From Hydrolagus affinis (taxonomy: Eukaryota), in assembly GCA_012026655.1 (NCBI GenBank), contig JAAILG010000414.1:1-64000 (forward strand): a stretch of DNA of 64,000 nt, given 5' to 3'. The first letter of the stretch is position 1; every line of letters begins with the position of its first letter. This document shows, in pieces, positions 38,813 to 52,741 of the stretch. The notes beneath the pieces are model-generated. The model saw only the letters and a list, made by a program, of their open reading frames with translations. It did not search any database and had not been told where the DNA came from. Position numbers and translations under genes: made by a program.

Positions 38813-40569
38813 TACTTTGTTAAATCTGCTGGTTTATATCTGCTTCATTAAAATCGCACTCTACATTTGAATAAATAACTTGATTTTTGTAATCTCTATT
38901 ATCGGTATTTGGAGAGGTCTTGAAGTTTCAGTGGGTACTGTTTTTTTTTGTAGATCAGTGGAAGCACATCAGCTTGTGTTATATTCAGTCTTAGAACTAG
39001 AAGCATTAAATATTTTAATGGTATGCTTTGGCTCTTTCACAAATCATGCACTTAATTATCTGATAATTACTCAAATAAAAAATGTGCAGATGGTACTATA
39101 TACCCTGTCTTGGGGATCAGAGGTTTTTCCTGGTTGTTGTATTCATTTTTCTAAGTATTTCTTTAACCCTTTCTGAATGATTTTGCCTGAACCGGGCATT
39201 CATTTTTCACGGAAAATATTGAAAATTCCTGAAATTCTTTGGAGTAAAAGCGTTAAGTCATTTTTTTTTGTTGGTATATCTGACAAAGATGGATTCTGCG
39301 TATAGTTATCAAACTCCTGCCTTTTGTCAGTGTATAATGTATTTGGCAGCTGCAGGCCTGAGCCCAGCGTTGGTTGTTTTAAAGCTCCTTAAGGATTATA
39401 TTCATTAAAGCACAGGAATGAGGTAGAGCCCCCAAAGCGCAAGACCCTGTTACTTCATCAACATTCCACTGAAGAGGGTAATTAAAACAAAAATTACTTT
39501 TTTTAATGTAAGTGGAAAAACCGGAAAAAATTGTACCAGAGACTAATGATAAATGTCTGGTCGCAGCAGAGTACCTTCCTAGGAGAAAGAAAACGACTCT
39601 GAACTGAGCCTACTGGAGATAGTGTACTAAAAACAGAACAAGCTGTGGGCTTTACAGCACAACTGCAAAAAAAAATTGGGAAAATATTTTCTAACAGTGT
39701 TTAAAGTTTTTTGGGGTGAGTTTGCTGTTGATGTAAGAGTACATAAATAACTGCTTCACCACATTAACCATTTCATGTCCAGCACCACAGCCATTATTGT
39801 TTGTGCAATCGTGAAACGGATTGCTGCTTCTGCATCGAGGTTTTGGTATATTTTGCAAACCATTTTGCTTTGCTATAAAAATCACATGCACTTATTATTT
39901 GGAAACTGATCATGTTCTAACCAAACTCCATTCCTCATTCACTATCTCAGAGTGCACAGAAATGTAGAATTATGTCTGTATTCTTGAAGAATATATACGT
40001 GGACGCTTTTCAAGGACTGTTTTGTAACCAGTATCAGAAACTACAAGACTACAAAGCCTTTATCCAGGGTTATGAAATGTAGAGAAACAACAACAACGTG
40101 CATTTATATAGCAAAATAATTCTAGCCCAATCACAAAGTTGAAATTTAATACAAATTTCATTTATACAATTTGCAACAAATACATATTCAAATGAACAAA
40201 TGTGTTTTCCAATATGGAAGTAAAAACTATTGTTTTTACATGCGAACATTTGGATCATTATTGAAGGAACTACAGTGCTGACAAATGTGTGAGTTGTGGC
40301 TACAGTTCAGTCCGATATAGTTGTATTTGAATAAAAACAGCTTTCTTTACGTTTCAGACATATCTGGAACTGCAGGGTTACATAGAAGTAAGGTGTAAAC
40401 CCTAAATATAAAGTGTGGGTTATTCTGTATTGTGTTTCTGTTAAACTGTAATGACCAGAATTTTTACTTATTTTGATGCTAAACAATTAAAATGTTAATA
40501 TTATATTAACATTGATATAACTTTCTGAAAGAAACCTACTGCTGCAGTTTTCATGATGAGATGCGTAAT

Positions 40570-41120
40570 GTTCGGACAGTTGTTAAATCCCACTCCAGCT
40601 GCACTTCCTCACAGGGAGCTTCTCAAACAGATATTTGCCCGAACCATTCCTGGGGAACTCCAAAATGCTTATAGTTTTTGATAATTTCCCCAAATTCTTT
40701 GATGACCTCGACTTGTTTCATCAGCTGGTGAGGTTCCTTGAAGTCATACAGATGAGGATCATTGTTAGCAGAGGTAAACTTGGGCAAGCCCAGCAGAACT
40801 TTGATTATCTCTGGTCTTCCATCTCCAAAACGCTTTGCAACTTATTGCCACAGAAGCTACAAGATGTCTTTTGGGAAATCCACCATGATGCACTTAAAGT
40901 TTAATGGGTTTCCATCAATTCTCCTTTAGTTTACTTAGATTTTGTTTAGTGCAGTGAAGTGCATTAGCTTGCATAGGGTTTCTTTCCACCACCCCTTGTA
41001 TAACATGCGTCTCTTTTTAAGAAAAATAATGGTCATGCTATTGCACGGTCTCACAATCAGTGGCGCCCCCTCCTCCATCTGGTTTAAAGTTTGTTTTGGT
41101 GGACCTTTTTGTTGCTTGTC
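40570..41120 (+). mobile_element. Possible decayed L1/Tx1-type non-LTR ORF2 fragment
   Basis: ORF 40635-40904 ends WSSISKTLCNLLPQKLQDVFWEIHHDALKV, resembling the zf-RVT region (W..l....lp.k.kd..W.i.h.aL) of Tx1/L1 elements. Confidence 0.4.
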
Positions 41121-44100
41121 GAGGTGAAGTAGGCTATTGATCGGAATGGAACACTTTTTAACTTTGAGTATGCAGCATCAGCATTAAAAATTCAGTCAAG
41201 CAAAGCACTGCTGTGTGTCCCAACGATATGCCTTTAAATATACCCTTGAATATACCTTGATTCTGTGCTGTCTTTTTTTCCACCTTCCCAGCTATCTTTA
41301 CAGCTTCTACGACTGAGACTGACGATATGTGGCAAATTGTTTTTAGTTTTGTGCTCTGGGCCTACAATCACTTACAAACTGGCCAATATCATTTCACTTA
41401 GGATCCCCACAGCAGATGAAACAGTTATTCCATCAGTTCTGAGCTGCATTTGAACCTGGGTTCCTGAGATGAATCAACAGTGCACTAATCCACAGCGCCA
41501 CCCAGTTCTCTACCAATTGTTGTTTACTGCTGATTATTTTTCCACAAATTGAATTGAAGGCAGGAAATGCCTTTTTACTTCTAATAAAAATAACAGATGG
41601 TCGGGGACGGACTGCAAATGTGTGTGTGGTCTGTTGTTTTGGCTGCATTATTTCAGTACATACTTGCCCCCAAACCACTCAGGGCAGCGCATACTTCTGC
41701 AGTTCATCCTTGACCATCAATTACTGTAACACACAAGTTTATAATCAGATCACATTCAGCTCTTATGAAAATCAGCATTGATGAAAATAACACTTTTTAC
41801 ATTGGATCTTCATTTGCTTTGATAGTTTCCAAAACTGGATTTCCCGCAAACCATGGACGCATGTAATTTTTGTTTGCTATTTTGATATATTTTTAAACAT
41901 GATGTACATAAAGGGTTACAAAAGTTAAGCCCCAAGTGCAGACCATTTTCAGCTAGCTTACAGCAGCTGTGGAGTCGTGCTGATAGATTAAAAGCAGCTC
42001 CCAGCCCCTGAATGAAGTACATTAGAGCTCCTGCAGGGCTAAGCTAGGGAGAGGCCTTCACAGCTGTCGTTTAGGCCATGCTTCAAACTACAGGCTAAAA
42101 AAAGATATTCAAAAAAGTCACAGAAAAGTAGTTTATGTTTCAAAATCACTCCATTATAAAAACGCTTGCAAAGTAGGTTTTCTGTTTTGCAACCTAGCAA
42201 AACCAAAGTGTACTCTTCTGACCATAGCTTCATTCCACTTGTTTGTTGTACAGTATTTTTATGAAAGAAAAGTGTGTACAAAATTCATTTAAAACCAATA
42301 CCTGGATATGACAAAACAGGACATGATAGGCAAGTAATTGTGTAAACCTGCCCTTAGGTCTTCAGGTAAACCTAATTCGTTCAACATACTTATTCATTAT
42401 GATTTATAATATATTAGTCAATAAAAGCATGCTAAATAGTAAGAATATATACCCTTTTGTAAATCAGTACACTGGCATTATATCATCAACAATTTGGATC
42501 AACAAAAGTTTCAAAAGGACCATCATTCATTAGTAGTTGTAAATGCCATTAAACAGGAAGGCAACAGAACCAGCAGCTGAAGTGTTTTGATGTGTGTCCC
42601 AACATTTTTTAGTATTTATACACAGACACAGTCAATACTTATACACATATTACATTTTTCTAAATTAAAATACAGTACATAATACACCAATGGAGCGAGC
42701 GAATTCACTGCATCTAAAGACTTCCTTTTGTTGACTTCTTTTCATCTGACTATAACTTTCTGAAGCCCATTTGGCACTCTGATTATCATTCAACTATTGA
42801 AATAAGACAGCAATCTGTAAAAAGGATAACAAGCCAGATTAACACGAGAGCATAGTGAGGCCCGTTTGTCCCTATAGTGCTCTACTGCTGTGAGTGGACC
42901 TTAAGCAGAGACCTTGGTGTACATTTTCTGCACATAGTGTGTTCCAATATTAATGTTTTCAATGGGTTGTTATTCCTCTATCGAGTCCCCTAAAATTCAG
43001 AACACAATCAATATATTAATGTGCCCAAAGTCTTTGATGTAAAAAGAGTTATTAATATCAATATTAATTTTAGAGAGTTACACTCAAGATGCTAATGTGG
43101 GTTTAATATTTCACAGGCATTATTACAAATGCAATTTGAAACTTGCCCTTTCACTATTGGAATACTTTTCGTCTTTATACTCTTTTTCATTCGTATCACT
43201 TTCACCAAAAATGAACTGTAAATATTCTTTGTAAATTTTCAAACTACATATTGTGAAATAAGTTTCATGGGGCAATTTAATTTGCAGTAATCTACAATTA
43301 ATTTTTTAGTTCAGCAACATTACAGTGGGTTAAAGATTGAGTTTAACATCCGCAAAACTTTAAACATTAGGTCTATGAGAACTCTCGTCTCTGTGGACCT
43401 ATGGTTTTTGTCGATTTTAGCTAATGAATCATGATGTTTTTGTTCAATTTCTTCAGATTTAAAACACCAGAAATGTTTGCAGGTCATAAATTTGAAAGCA
43501 CTGTAATGCTGAATAAACACTATTACACAATAAAGCTACTCAAGCATCAGATCATACTTAAGGGATGCTAATTCTTAACTACATCTAAAACCACAATTTA
43601 AACACAAACATTTTAATAACATTAACCTTGTTCCCTATTGTAAACACATTGGTAAATACATTAAACACATTTAAATCAAATAATTAGAAGGAATGGTGAT
43701 TAATTTGATATTGTTCTGCTTCTTCATGTTTCTGTTTATTTCCTTTTTCCACTCCCATTTATTTGTTTTAAAAAAGGAATGACTATAAATGATGTTATTG
43801 GGGAAAAGGATACAAAGAAGGAAGTGCTGAGCTTAATCATACAAAGGCATGAATTGAAGGTCACCATCTATATGGAAAACCTTTTTCGCATACCTTTTTG
43901 GTGTTTAACAAATGGAATGCAGTGACATGAAGTAAGGGTGTTTCAAAAGAAATCTTCTCTTTCTGCCCCATGATGTGAGCTTATCATATAAATTATAGGT
44001 ACCCAGACACTGAAATTCAATGTTATGAGCAAACACCTTGCAGTTCAATTCTGATCAAATTGTGTAAAACTAGATTTTTGTTCTATTTCCTAATTCATAA

Positions 44101-44199
44101 GATTACAACAGAGGTTTTGTTGATAAAGGTAATGTTCCCGTGGATTCTAAGATGTTCCAGTTAATTTGACCTCATCCCAAAATGTCTACAAAAACGTTT

Positions 44200-44500
44200 T
44201 GTTTAATGTTCTAGTCCTAACACCCTTTCTGGAAACTAATTCCAGTTATTGATTATCCTCTGAAAATAAATACTTCCTAGTCTCACCTAAAATTGCCCTT
44301 AACCCGGTTCCTCTTCTCTTGTCTGGTATTGTTTTAGGTTTTACTTTTACTGTTTGATTTCACTTTTTATATTTATCACTTTTGGAAGTTGAAGAGTGAA
44401 AGCTAATTTAGTTATTTATCATTCGCTCATCCCTCTAACTCTAGGATCCAGCCTCGGTACTATCCTCGACACTGCCTTTAAAGTCTAAATATGTTTCAAC
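44200..44500 (-). mobile_element. Degenerate CR1-like LINE fragment
   Basis: ttccagttattgattatcctctg and ctctaggatccagcctcggtactatcctcgacactgcc resemble antisense CR1 ORF2 3' sequence and parallel the 54575 copy. Confidence 0.45.
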
Positions 44501-45094
44501 GTTATGAATTTGAAAGCGCTCTTTTGTTGTTTTTGTTTAGATTACTACAGGTGCCTCGACAAGCAATGTGGCCCACCTTATCTTTCTCTACATTTGCATA
44601 GGTTTTGTAACGGTGTTCTGTCCTTGAGGGCTGGCTAGTGTTAGAATTGCAAAGTCTTCTTTCTTTTCTGTTCCTATTTTCCCCTTGAGTTTTTATTCTG
44701 TTTTCTCTTTTGCAGCTTTGCTGTTTTCCCAATGTCAGCTGTTCATGTCACTCATTTGACATGACAGTTCTGTAGTGGCCTGAACGGATAATGTCTGTGC
44801 TGACATTTAGTTTTCTTGAAGGGAAAGCAGCATTTTACAGAACAAATTGTCAATGGTCTGCAGCAGCTCTGATGCCCACTCTGGTTGGTGTAAAATGGCA
44901 GGACAACAAAGCAAGCCTCAGAACAGCTTTGCAAATGGCAGGGAAAGTAATGTGCATGCAAGGTAGAAGGTGCAAGAATTTGAAAAGATCAAGTACACAT
45001 CAAAGTTAATCATGAATCTATATCATATATATTGACTGTGATTGGAAAATTAATGATGGTTAGTTACTCTCCCTTTACATCTCATTGTACACCT

Positions 45095-45231
45095 CTGTGC
45101 ACAATTGGCTGCCGCGTTTCGCCCACAAATATACAGTCAATTCACTTTACGGTATAGTCTTTGAAGCGCTTTAAGACGTCTAGAAGATGTGAAAAGCGCT
45201 ATATCAAATGCAAGGATTATGATTATTATTA
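45095..45231 (+). mobile_element. SINE 3' half (Deu-type)
   Basis: ctgtgcacaattggctgccgcgtttc...gaagcgctttaagacgtc...gaaaagcgctatatcaaatgcaaggattat. Homologous to the 5843, 13690 and 63315 copies. Confidence 0.8.
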
Positions 45232-46045
45232 GTTGTAGTAGTATTTAAAAATACCTCAAAAGCTTTAAAAGTGCAGCAATTTAGGGGTGTGGTAGCTCAC
45301 CAGTTTAGTTTTTCCTCTCTTTCAAGTTGCCTCCTATCTGAGCCATATTTCTAATAGTATTCATGTCTAAACACCCTCTCATAAAGACTAGGCCACTTTC
45401 ATTTGCTTCCTGTTGAGTAGCTTGAATAGCATTAGTAAAGCCTGGGAGCAACTAAGCACCAGAGATGTTTCAAAGCCTGGGCAGAGAGGTTATTAGGAGG
45501 GAGAGGAAGAGGAAAAGAAGGAAAGTATACAGTGCATATACATTTTTTTAAAACATTTGTCTGTTTAAAATGTGAAATTACTCTATCAATTAGCCTATCC
45601 AAGTTAAAAAAAAATACAACGCCATATGGCATGGTGGTCACTGTTTAGCAGTGATACACATTATATGGCCTGGGTCCATTTCCTGTGGGCAAGTGCCTGT
45701 CCTTCTCTTGACAACTGCCCACAATGGGATGATGAAATCGCTGTGTGAGGAACACAGGTGCATCATGCCTTCACCCCATGGCACAGAGTGTTGCAGAATT
45801 ACTCAGTGTGGCCCTCGAGCAAGACATTTGTTGGGATTTTAGCTCTTGACAAAATTAGCCGCACTACATAAAGGGTGCGGGAGTTGCTTGTTGGGGCCAC
45901 TCTGTGTGCCTTTGAAAGAGATAAATTTTCCCCAAAACAATCTTGGAGATTTGAAAGATCCATTGCACAAATTAAGTGCAAAAAGACCATTGAATGCTAA
46001 TTGGGAGAAATTCCACCTGAATATAGAATTACTCCATATAGCATT

Positions 46046-46566
46046 TTAGATTGGACTACTCCAATGCTCTCCTCGTCGGTATCCCCTCCACCACCATTCA
46101 CAAAATCTAACTCAATCTCTACCACCCGCATTCTCACCCAAACCAAACTTCGCTTCCGGATTACCCCAGTCCTCACCAGACTTCATTGGCTCCCTGTCAC
46201 AGAGCAGATTGACTTCTCTTCTGTTTAAATCCCACCACTCCTCTGCATCCCCCTACCTCTCTAACCTCCTCTCCTCACAGCAGTACCCACTGCCTCCGCT
46301 TTACCAGGTTTAGCCTCCTTCTTGTCCCCCCGAATCCTCTGTTCCACCATCAGCGGTCGTGCCTTCAACCACTACTACCCAAAACTCTGGAATTCCCTCC
46401 CTTAGTCCCTTCGCCTCACTCCTTCGTGCCTGAAGACCTTTCTGTTCGACTGCGCCTATGGTCACCTACACCCTCCCCCTGGCTCGGTCCCAGGCTCTGC
46501 TATTCTGAAGCGCTCTGAAACGCTGTCTGGCATGGAGGGCGCTGTATAAATGCAAATTGTTGTTGT
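46046..46566 (+). mobile_element. 5'-truncated L2-clade LINE
   Basis: Codes RLDYSNALLVGIP...RITPVLTRLHWLPVTEQIDF across frames. Tail gggcgctgtataaatgcaaattgttgttg. Confidence 0.88.
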
Positions 46567-49500
46567 AGAACATCCAGATTTTTGACAAATTGTTTGAATT
46601 TGGTGAGTTTCCTATAGACCCAGATATAATTTGCGTAGAATTTTTGCTAATTTCCTAAATGTAGCCTCATTTTGAAGCTGAGTTTCTTTAAGTTCTTTTA
46701 ATAACTGTAGAAAACTGATTAATTATGTGATAGAGGTTCAAAGGTTTGATGATGTCATAAATGGCGACAATAAAACAGTCAATTTATGAAATTGTCAAAT
46801 TTCCAAGATTGTATTACAATGTAAACCATTCTTGTCTATGTTTTATACTGACATGGTATGCAGTGTTTTTTTGTGTGCTTTCTCATTCTAGATTTGTTTG
46901 GGGTTTCCCATCCACCACTATTTGTTGCCTCCCTTTAATTATTTCCATCCTATTGCAGTCACTCACTGCAGGTACATTGGTCCCTGCAGGAAAAGCAAGT
47001 GAGAGTTCACAGAAAAATATCCTTTAATGTTACTCTTTTATTGGAAATAAAGCACTGTGTTTTGCCGGTATATCCACAATTGTTCATGCTTTTAAACTGT
47101 AATCGGACTTATCTGTCTTTAGGCTACATTTTGAGTATTAATCAGAGATGTTCAGGAATTGAATTTTGAATGCAATATGAAAATTTAGACTTGCAATCGA
47201 GTAATTCAATTCAGCCATTTCAACAAGTAGCATGTCTTTTTAATTCGCATTTTCAGGTATTCTAATTCTGTGTAATGTTCAACCAAGAGAATTAAGAGCG
47301 ACAGGCAAGTATCTTGTAATTCAAATTGTCGAGTGCTATTCTTCAGCCACTCTGTACAAATGAGCGACACTATCATTTCTTACTCCTTCCTTCTGGGGAA
47401 ATGCTTCGCCTTTTCTCTGTGCGTCGTCACACAGCTCAAGCTTTGAACCCACCTCATGGGGCTTCTGAGGCGCAAGCCTCAGTCCTAGAACTCGGTGGCA
47501 CAGTGTGTTAATGCACTAACCTGCTGGGCCACTGGGCCATAGTGATTTGTCATTTTTTATTTCACTGTGGTGAATTACCACATCAGTGGGCAGTGAAATT
47601 ATCTTTTGCACCCATGGGGAAGGAAAAATTGGGCTAAATGATTTATTTTCGAGTTCCTGTCCCATAAATAGGTGCGTGTATTGCCAAATTATTTCTGCTG
47701 CTGCTCCTGAAAAATATTAGCAATACTTAGGTTTTTTTTAAATAGCTGAGATCTCTTCAATCAGTTCAAATAATCTGATCATCTGAAATCTATATTGCTC
47801 TGCTCTTTCATTTGTTTACATCATATGGTGCAGAGATGAAACCTTTATTTTCTATCTTGGCTTTTTTTGATTACGTTAAAAAAGCTATCAATGGTATTAA
47901 AATAATTTTCCTGTATTTCAGAAAGATTTAGAAATGAAATAATGTTGAACAGTTGAAAGGATTATTACATATTTTTTCTCTTTTTGGTGAAATATAATGT
48001 GGTTTTGGAAAAAATCAATAGTACAAGACAAAAGCTAGTCACACTTGTGTTTCTTACCACAACTGCTCATCTTTTCATTAATGTTGTTCTTTGACCTTCT
48101 TTCACGGATAGCATTATAATTTTGTTCAAAAATTCAAGAATGTTTGTGATGGTTGAATAACCAAAAAGAAAGCATTGTACAATTTGCATGTGACTCGTCT
48201 ATCTTTATATTTGATATATTTCACAAAATGTAGGCGACATAGCTCGTCTAACTTAAATAGAATTAATCTGCTTATTTTCAATGTAATACCGTATTTATAA
48301 AAAGCAATCCTCGCAGAAACATGACTGAGCAACATACCATTTAAAAAAAATTATGGGAATTGCTATTGTTCCTTTGAACATTTGTAATTGTAATTAGCAA
48401 TGATCATACTATAAACAATACCATTTTATTTTATACAGAGCAATTTATTTCCAAACAAAGTACACATTTTCTTCCCACTAATAGTGGTGCTAAAGTGGTG
48501 AAGGAAGCCCAATACATGGATACAATATGCTATTGTGAATTTATATTTAAGGAAAATCAAACTAACCGTCAGGCAAGAAGCATTTGGGATTTCAGTGAAA
48601 CAGTATGAGCAATGATTTTCATGAAGCCATTGTTCTTTTTCTACACAGTTTGCGCACTGCAATACAACTGAGAGATTTTAGCAGTTAGAACATACATGAA
48701 AGCAGACAAGCTCTACTTTTATAAAGTCCCCAGCTGTATTGGGCAAAACCTCAGGGCTGCATGGTGGTGCCAGAGCAGCATTCTGATTCCTCATCACCTC
48801 CATACATATCTTAGCAGGAAGGCTGCACCGTCAGAAGATTGACAGTAAGCCTTTTGATTTCACAAGGAAGCATGCATCTAGCTGAGTGAGGGAAGGGAAT
48901 ATAGCCTGGACTGGACTCCAGACTGTGGTGAGCTTGAATTCCCAACTCAGCCACAATGATTGCAGTGGATAGGATTCATGTGTAGGGACTGTACTGCAGG
49001 CATTTTGGCTTCAGCATTTCTAGACAGTTTTGTAAACTTTATCTGAAATCGTACTTGGCAAAGTCAGGCTTCTATTGTATAGCATGCAGTCTTCGCTTGT
49101 TTATCATTTTTTTGTGTTTGCTTGCTAAAGCATATGACCAGAAAGCCAGCAGTGTATTCAAGCCGTCTGGTCCTGCAGTTTTCAAGTACCAGGGGCTCAT
49201 TTGTATGCAGAGGGGATTAGCTAGAATTTACTGTATATTCACCCTGGGGAGTTGTGAACTCCCCAGGAATATGGGCTGCTGAAACATTGCAGTTGGTAAG
49301 ATTAGAACAACCCCTTATGCTACACACAGAGCCATGGTCACTCAGTAGGCCTCAGACATTAAGATCATTTTCATTTACAACCTTTTTGATCATCCAACCT
49401 CAAAGAAAACCTCTGCTTTTATGACTCCTCATGCCAGAATTACCCAATTACTGTTTGCAAGGGGGAAATCTGAAAGCACTTATAACTAGTAAGCAGGGCA

Positions 49501-50989
49501 CATGATCTGTGTGTATGGATTTTTTCTGCCTTCCCCAACCAATATTTTTACAGCTGTTGACATATATTGAGTTACATGTGGCTGAACCACATCCCTGTGG
49601 TATATTCTCAAAGATCTGTTCACCATTAAATGCGTTAGTTTGAAGTAAATGACTGCAACTTCAAGAAGGAGCCATACTGTAGTATAGATGTTGCCATAAA
49701 TACAAAAGCTCAGACATTTTAATTTTGAGTTTTTAGAAATTGGGTGTGATTATACACTGCGAAAAACATTGAGCATTCACAACAGAATCCATTTACCTAC
49801 AAGCTGCTGCCCTCTCTTGTGGGTTTATTTGCAACTACATGCGGCTAATACTCAATATGTCCTAGCTTCCAGTCATTAGACTATCATTTTTGGGGCTGTG
49901 GTTCAATAAGTCTAGTCTATATACAGCTAAGGTTGTTGAATGTTCCCACTGCAACTGGGCTCATGGGATTAGGCTTGAAGATTTTCATAAATTTACACTA
50001 AAAGAATACAGCTGTTTTAAAGCAACATTAATAAGACAAATTTAACAGCAGATACAGATCACTAAACTGCATAGGGTGTCTTTGGAGAAAAAAAGTTCAA
50101 TTAAGATAGTCACATATTTCAAATTGTAATGTGTGGTGTTAAATATTTTATGGGTGGTATTGCTTTATTTTTGAGTTGGAAAGTAGTAGGGCAGCTTGAT
50201 GCAGTAAGATGTACCAAGATGTTCCTGGTAAGTTGTGGATTTATGTTGTTTTTTGCCCATCTACCGATTAAATCCCTAGGGTGAGTTGCAGAGAAAAGAA
50301 AAAGTTCCAACTAGCGATGGGAACGGGTTACCTCCTATCTCTTTGCCTTAACTGGGAATGATGTAGTGTCTGTAAAAGAGAGGGAAGAGTTATTGAATGG
50401 AAAATAGCAGAAAAGTAAAGTGGATAAAGTTAATAAATCTACTTTCAGATTTCTGTGTTCTTGTCCTCAGTTAAAAATGAAATGCCGTATTCCTTTGTTA
50501 ATATTGAAAAGAAAAATGCAATGGTGTTTCATGTTTTGAGATACCCACTGGACATTTGTGGCTTGACGGAACATTTCTGTAGTGAAGTGAAAAATACTAT
50601 TTATTTTTGTGTAACAATGGAACAAATATTTAATGCAAGAACTTGAATTATATGCTCTAATATTGAATATTAATAAAACTAACAAAAATTACCCCTTCCC
50701 CTTTTAGTGTAATGCTAATTTACACTGCTTTATTTCTTATAATGCCATTAGCATAGTTCCTAGGAGAATATTTCAGCATTGTTCCCCAAATAACACCTGG
50801 TATCTCATTTCTACTTATTTTTGTACCTTCTCAAAGGTAGGAATGTCCTTCTGATATTATTTTCCATATGAGAGATTTAGATGCAAGAACAAGACTATAG
50901 ATAGGACTTGTTTATAGTTGAAAAGAGAGGGAGAGAATACAAGGATAGGTTACATATTTCTTCAAAAAGGATCTGGTCACGAACTTGTG

Positions 50990-51300
50990 CACCAACAATG
51001 AGGTCTAATTTTCTGAAATATCAATGTCCTATACGTTCTCCCAATCCCCTGGAACTTCATTCATACACCAATTCCATTACCAATTTCGTGAAGATTGCAG
51101 CCAACGGAGGAAGTTTAAACATACATCTGGGTGCATGCAGAGTTTGATCAATTCTTTGCAAATTAGACCCTAGTATAACCTCATTTGATCTGTACTTCAA
51201 CTCTTTGTTTATGCAACCTAGTACAGTAGTTTGCTTTTTTGTTGTAGCGAATGATTGGGATGATAGTTTGATTATCCACAATAAGCCCTACAACTGTTTC
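50990..51300 (-). mobile_element. Degenerate CR1 ORF2 fragment
   Basis: The minus ORF 51057-51281 contains VLGCINKELKYRSNEVIL, matching the CR1 LGCI.R.I.YRS.EVI motif. Confidence 0.65.
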
Positions 51301-52612
51301 TGTCTCAGCACAATTAATAACTGTAATGAACACTTTTGTTTTATTTGCTTACTTTCAAAATTTTAGACTTTTCCACATTGCCCAAATACCAAGAAGATCC
51401 AAGTTCACAAAATAGCTTTTATGATGTGCATCATCTAATTTCCAAAGATATTGCAGCTAAGCTCTCCTGTTTGAATCGATTGTGTTTCATAAAAATAAAC
51501 AATTTCTTTGGCATTACACTTAAATCCATTTGCCTAAAGGACTGCTTAAATATTTTTTATGAAGTGAGAATATTAGCATTGCACGGAAACAAATATATCC
51601 AACAGCTTCCTAACGAACTCTTACCAAAAGATAAGGGATGATAGGCAGAGGAGCCTCCTGTTGCCTTCTGGCTGGCTAGATGTTGGTCATGAATGCTGGG
51701 ATCTCCAGTCTTGCAAATGTGCAAAAATTGTAAATCCCAAGTCAGCAACGTCTTTTTTTAACTGGTTGAATGTTTTGTTTTTGTCTTTTATTGATCATTC
51801 ACATTTCAAGTAACTTTATGGCTCATGATGTAGCTTTTCTCTTTGGGGTTTTTAATGATTTGTGTTTAATTTTAATTCTTTAATTTGGCAAACCTACAGC
51901 TTTTAAACAGATGAGAACTGCCTCTCATAACCACAAACTGTTATTAAAAGCCCTCTATGTACTTAAAGTTGTCACCCCTAAAATCAAATTAAATATTATT
52001 CAAATCTACTTAGTTTTTTTTTAAAATGTGGTTTAAAGGAAACAGTGGAGTAGCTGTGAAATATTGGTGAGTGAGTGAGTGCAATTTGTAGTGATTTGAC
52101 TCAAGCACACAGTTTTTTTTTGCTATGAGGTTTCAGATTTTTGTTTTTTTCTGATGGATTCTCATCCCTAATTTAAAATAAATGCAAAATCATTCATTAG
52201 GTTAGTTAAATTTGGTAATGGAAGTCCTTTCGAAGGAGTCTCATTCTAAAATATGTGCCTGCTGATTGATATCATACAACATGCTTCATTTTGTATTTTC
52301 TATAGAATTCAATATCTATTCATGCTTCATGCTTTCAAAGGAATGGATATTTTTGTAGTATTCAGTCTGTCGGAATTTAAACACCAACTTTCCAACACCA
52401 ACCACAATAGTAAAATTACCTATTTTTGGTGTCTTTCTCTCTCTCTCTGCTTTGCCTCCCAGCTAAATTATTTAATGCATTCAAATGCAACATATATGAA
52501 GTGATTTCATTGTTTGTTACACTTTTTAAAAAATCAACTTAACTTGAGAAATATTTCCGTTATTTTCCACCAGTTTGAATTCAATTTCTATTATGTCAAT
52601 GTGTAGAAAGTT

Positions 52613-52741
52613 TTAATTATTGCATTTGATATAGCACCTTATATTGAGATGTCACATTGCGCTTCACAGGATTTTTTGAAAAGTGTGGTGAATATGTGTT
52701 GTTGGCGAACGCAGCAGCCGATTTGTACAAAGCACTGTCCC
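52613..52741 (-). mobile_element. SINE 3' half (Deu-type), antisense
   Basis: ttgcatttgatatagcacctt...gcgcttcaca...gaacgcagcagccgatttgtaca is the reverse complement of the 45095-type sequence. Confidence 0.65.
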
